Positions 60,568 to 64,000 of a stretch of 64,000 bases of DNA are shown in pieces (the first letter of the stretch is position 1; every line of letters starts with the position of its first letter). The translations under genes and the position numbers were made by a program. The notes under the pieces were generated by a model, which had not been told where the DNA came from, ran no database searches, and saw only the letters and a program-made list of their open reading frames with translations. The stretch is from an uncultured Planctomycetota bacterium (lineage in GTDB: Bacteria > Planctomycetota > Planctomycetia > Pirellulales > Lacipirellulaceae), in assembly GCA_963719315.1 (NCBI GenBank), contig CAVRBU010000004.1, positions 416,001 through 480,000 of the forward strand, given 5' to 3'.

Positions 60568-63500
60568 CTACGCTTCCCAGTGCTTGAGCTGTTCCACGAC
60601 GCGGAGCACGTCGTCGCGTCGTTTTTCGAACAGGCCGAACAGGGCGATGATCAGTGCGCCGGTCACGATGCCGGCGATCCACCAGATCCACGTGTGCCCT
60701 TCCGCCGCGTGCCAGATGATCGTCATCAGGGCGATGATCAGAAACGCGGTGCCCAAGTAGAGAAACGCACGCACGCGGAGCAGGATGCCGGCCAGCACGC
60801 CGAGAATCGACAGGCCCGCCAGCACGCCGGGCAGCCAGGGCGCTTCGGCAACGCCGTTGATGAAAATGTCGGCCGTCGATGAGACGTAGATCACGATCGC
60901 GGATGCATAGCGGAGGGCGGCCGATTGCTGCGTCGTGAGCCGTTCGCGGTTGATGTATCCGGCCGCGAGCCCGCAGAGCGCCGGTGGAATCAGCCACAGT
61001 TGCGGGTGCTGGGTGAGGTCGAGGCCGTCTCGTTGATGGAGGAAGTACCACAGGCTGCCGTTGGCGGCCACGGCTGCCAACATGCCGTACAAGAACGACC
61101 CCCGCAATACGCTGAGCCCGGCGTACAGCACGCCGATCGAGAGCAGAATAAGCGAGTAGTGCACCTCGCTCGACATCACCCAGAATCCGAGTGCTGGCAA
61201 GAGCGGCAGAATCGCGCCGGTTGTTTCGAGGGGTTCGGAAAGCACGCGTTGCTTGCGGCGTTGAAATACTTCGCCCAAGCCGACGCCCACGAACGCGATC
61301 GCCATCACCACCAGCGGCCAGAAACGCAGGAACCAGCCGCTGAACAGCCAGGGCATCGTGACGCGGATGTGCAAGAAGAGGAGCGCACCGAGCCCTTCGG
61401 CCGCGTAGACGTACAATGTGCGGCCGCGTTCGCTCAGGCCAAGCGGATCGCGCCCCGGCACCAGCGCGGCCACGAGGGCAGCGACTGCCAACCCGGCGAG
61501 CGCGACGATGACGGCAATCAGCGCCGCCGGCACGATCGGCACTTCGCCGCGCTCGAAATACGCGGTCACTTCAATGCCTAGCACGACGAACATCAGTCCA
61601 ACCGCCAAACCGGCAAGCGCGGGCACGAGTCGCCCGGCGGCGCGGGTCCATTCGTTCTCACGCCGCAAGAATTTCACGAGGCCGAACCCGTATACCACGA
61701 CGACCGCAGCCAATGCGGCAACGGTGACGACCAGCCGATGCAGCCAGGGCGCCGCGAAATCGGGCGGAACCCAGGCCCAGCCAAACGCCACGGCAAACAG
61801 TACGCCCCACACGAGCGCCAGATATTGCAACGAAGTCCGCACCGCGCCGCGGGCGAGCAGGCCGAGTGCGATCGCTTGCGCGCCGATTGCATACGCCGCG
61901 ACCATTCGTTGCGTGAAGCCGGCCATCGTCTGCTCGATCCATGTCACCAACAACAGGACACCGATGCCGATGAGAAAATTGGCCGATACGAGCCAGCCGT
62001 GGCCGCCGCCCGCCCACGTAGCCGCGTCTCTCCGAGATTCGGAATTGGCTGCCTCGGAGAGACTGCCCCACGCGATTGTCGACACACCCAAGCGCGAGGC
62101 CACGCTCCGCAGCCGATGGCGCATGCTCCATAGGCCGCTCGTCGCCAACAAGTACGCAGCCAGCGCGTTGGCCAGTGCCCAGTGAAACAGCGGCGCGTGA
62201 AGGTCGAGGCCATCGAGGTACAAGCCGACCGCAATGAGGCCGACACAATAGAGGCACGCCACGGGCCAACGGATGGCCGGATCCCAGAGGCACGCGGCGG
62301 CCACTACCGCGGCGGCGAGCCAAGCCGCCCACGCAAGCGGTAAGTTGACGGCAAAGGATTTGTTCATCAAATCGGCGATGAGGCCGCCGCCCGTGGTTAG
62401 CAGGAGCGTTGCGACAATCGCCCAAGCGGCGAAGCGATGAAATGCGATGCCGCGAGGCGGCGGTGCGGTCGGCTCGCGCGCGAATCTTCGGCGTTCGATC
62501 CAAATGCTGATCACGGCCAGTGCGGCAACGGCCAAAGCATCAACCCAAATAAACGCGAAGAATTCGCCTATGCCGCGCATGGCGGCGGTTTTCTTGAGTA
62601 AGTCGAGCCACCAAATGCTCGTCGCCGACACAAAGAGCACCGCCGCAAGCCACACAAACCCGCGCCGCCCTTCGCGCCACGCAATTGCGATCTGTCGCGC
62701 ACCGATGACGGCCAATCCGCCAACAACCCACCAGGAAGCGCGGGTGCCATATTCCCAAAAAGCCAACCCCACGGCGGCGATATCGAATGCGCGAATGGAC
62801 CACGCGGACCACACATAATTAGATTGGCCCGCAGCGGGTCCTGCCAATAGCCAATTAGCGCCCCGCGTGGCGATTGGTACGAGCCAGGCCGCGATGCAAC
62901 AGCCGGCCAACAGCGTGTGATAGGCGAGCACATCCCGGCCGCTCTGTCGCAACACGGTGAGGGCGAGCATGCTCGCGAGCGCGGCGGCAAACGTCGCCAC
63001 AAAAGTCTGGCTGGTAATTCGCCGCCCATTTAGCCACACCGCCGCCGCCGTGGCCAAACCAATTGCAGTCCAACCAATCGGCCGGCCAGCCGCCGCGACC
63101 CAATTCGCTACGGGATTGAGATGCGATCCGGCAATCGCCAGCCGCACCGTGACCGGAATGAGAAACGTACCACACAGCGCCGCGGCCAGCGCGACCTGCG
63201 CTACGAGTAGGAAGGGCCAACGACCAGACCGGGCGACAAGGAAACCAGGAGACAAGGAGACTTGAAGCTTGCCGCTTTCCGATTCGTACGATTCTCGTTC
63301 CGTTTGTGGGTTGGTACTTTGCCAATACCATACGATGGCAGTCTGCCAAATAAGCCCCACCACGCCAGCGACGATCGCGTTCACTTGCGAAACGCTGATC
63401 CAGGCAACGCCATCCAACCCCCCGCCACCGCGCACCAGCCGCAACAGCAAGACGATAGTGGCCACGATGTTGAACAACCAGCCGGCCGCGAACGCAAAGG

Positions 63501-64000
63501 GGCTCGAGCGTTCGCGAATGGCGTAGCCAATGAACGTGAGCGCTACTAAGACCAGCGGCACACCGTACGACGCTTCAAAACCAATGCGGCGAAACCAACT
63601 CGCTGGATCCGGCCCCACGAGTGGCTGCTGGTCAAGTGCGTGGGCGACGATGAACGTCACCGCCACGGCGGCCGGCGCAGCGGCCAGCAGCATCATCACC
63701 CACCTCGATTGCAGCAACCAAGTGCGCCCCCAAAGCGTTGCCTCCTGCAACGACTTTTGCCGATTCGCGGCCGCGACAATTACGAGTGCCAACGCCACCA
63801 GCCCAGTCGGCAGACTCCACACAGCAATCCACGGCCAGAGTTTGTTAACGCCGGCATCCAGCGTGGAACGCATGAGCGACGATTGGACTACATACGCGCC
63901 CATTGCGACATACACCAACACGACAAACCCAACCAGCAGGTCGCGAACCATGCGATTTGATGGTGCGGCAGCCGCAGCGCTAGTGAAGCCAGTGCCGCCA
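60568..64000 (-). CDS. Very large polytopic membrane protein (5' end outside the window)
   Basis: More than 1100 aa with many TM helices; frame stays open to the window edge. Confidence 0.85.
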   Translation of the reverse strand, partial: GGTGFTSAAAAAPSNRMVRDLLVGFVVLVYVAMGAYVVQSSLMRSTLDAGVNKLWPWIAVWSLPTGLVALALVIVAAANRQKSLQEATLWGRTWLLQSRWVMMLLAAAPAAVAVTFIVAHALDQQPLVGPDPASWFRRIGFEASYGVPLVLVALTFIGYAIRERSSPFAFAAGWLFNIVATIVLLLRLVRGGGGLDGVAWISVSQVNAIVAGVVGLIWQTAIVWYWQSTNPQTERESYESESGKLQVSLSPGFLVARSGRWPFLLVAQVALAAALCGTFLIPVTVRLAIAGSHLNPVANWVAAAGRPIGWTAIGLATAAAVWLNGRRITSQTFVATFAAALASMLALTVLRQSGRDVLAYHTLLAGCCIAAWLVPIATRGANWLLAGPAAGQSNYVWSAWSIRAFDIAAVGLAFWEYGTRASWWVVGGLAVIGARQIAIAWREGRRGFVWLAAVLFVSATSIWWLDLLKKTAAMRGIGEFFAFIWVDALAVAALAVISIWIERRRFAREPTAPPPRGIAFHRFAAWAIVATLLLTTGGGLIADLMNKSFAVNLPLAWAAWLAAAVVAAACLWDPAIRWPVACLYCVGLIAVGLYLDGLDLHAPLFHWALANALAAYLLATSGLWSMRHRLRSVASRLGVSTIAWGSLSEAANSESRRDAATWAGGGHGWLVSANFLIGIGVLLLVTWIEQTMAGFTQRMVAAYAIGAQAIALGLLARGAVRTSLQYLALVWGVLFAVAFGWAWVPPDFAAPWLHRLVVTVAALAAVVVVYGFGLVKFLRRENEWTRAAGRLVPALAGLAVGLMFVVLGIEVTAYFERGEVPIVPAALIAVIVALAGLAVAALVAALVPGRDPLGLSERGRTLYVYAAEGLGALLFLHIRVTMPWLFSGWFLRFWPLVVMAIAFVGVGLGEVFQRRKQRVLSEPLETTGAILPLLPALGFWVMSSEVHYSLILLSIGVLYAGLSVLRGSFLYGMLAAVAANGSLWYFLHQRDGLDLTQHPQLWLIPPALCGLAAGYINRERLTTQQSAALRYASAIVIYVSSTADIFINGVAEAPWLPGVLAGLSILGVLAGILLRVRAFLYLGTAFLIIALMTIIWHAAEGHTWIWWIAGIVTGALIIALFGLFEKRRDDVLRVVEQLKHWEA

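Overview
GC-rich bacterial chromosome window. Gene content, signal motifs and repeat families point to a planctomycete, probably Pirellulales/Lacipirellulaceae-like (inference). Positions 1-32.4 kb hold core and accessory genes: accA (3' end), a DUF433/PIN-like and a HigBA toxin-antitoxin pair, cvpA, dtd, a ZIP transporter, pdxA, a REP-associated tyrosine transposase (RAYT) with its REPs, an IS630 inserted into a REP, a LolA-like gene divergent from a three-gene envelope operon, a mannosylfructose/sucrose-type osmolyte cluster, a DMT transporter, an aminotransferase, clpX, holA, acpP and fabF. Positions 32.6-60.5 kb are an island of 11 PEP-CTERM genes or remnants, most with a dockerin-like module (beta-helical adhesin-like proteins, an M10 protease, GH18, GH25). 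The island also holds a sulfatase, an IS4 with a 9-bp target duplication, an NlpC/CHAP-like hydrolase and two structured, terminator-ended non-coding segments. Many unrelated palindromic repeat families occur, some inside coding frames. Several small frameshifts, including one in fabF, are probably assembly errors. I recognised no tRNA, rRNA or CRISPR array. All family assignments are by eye; no searches were run.
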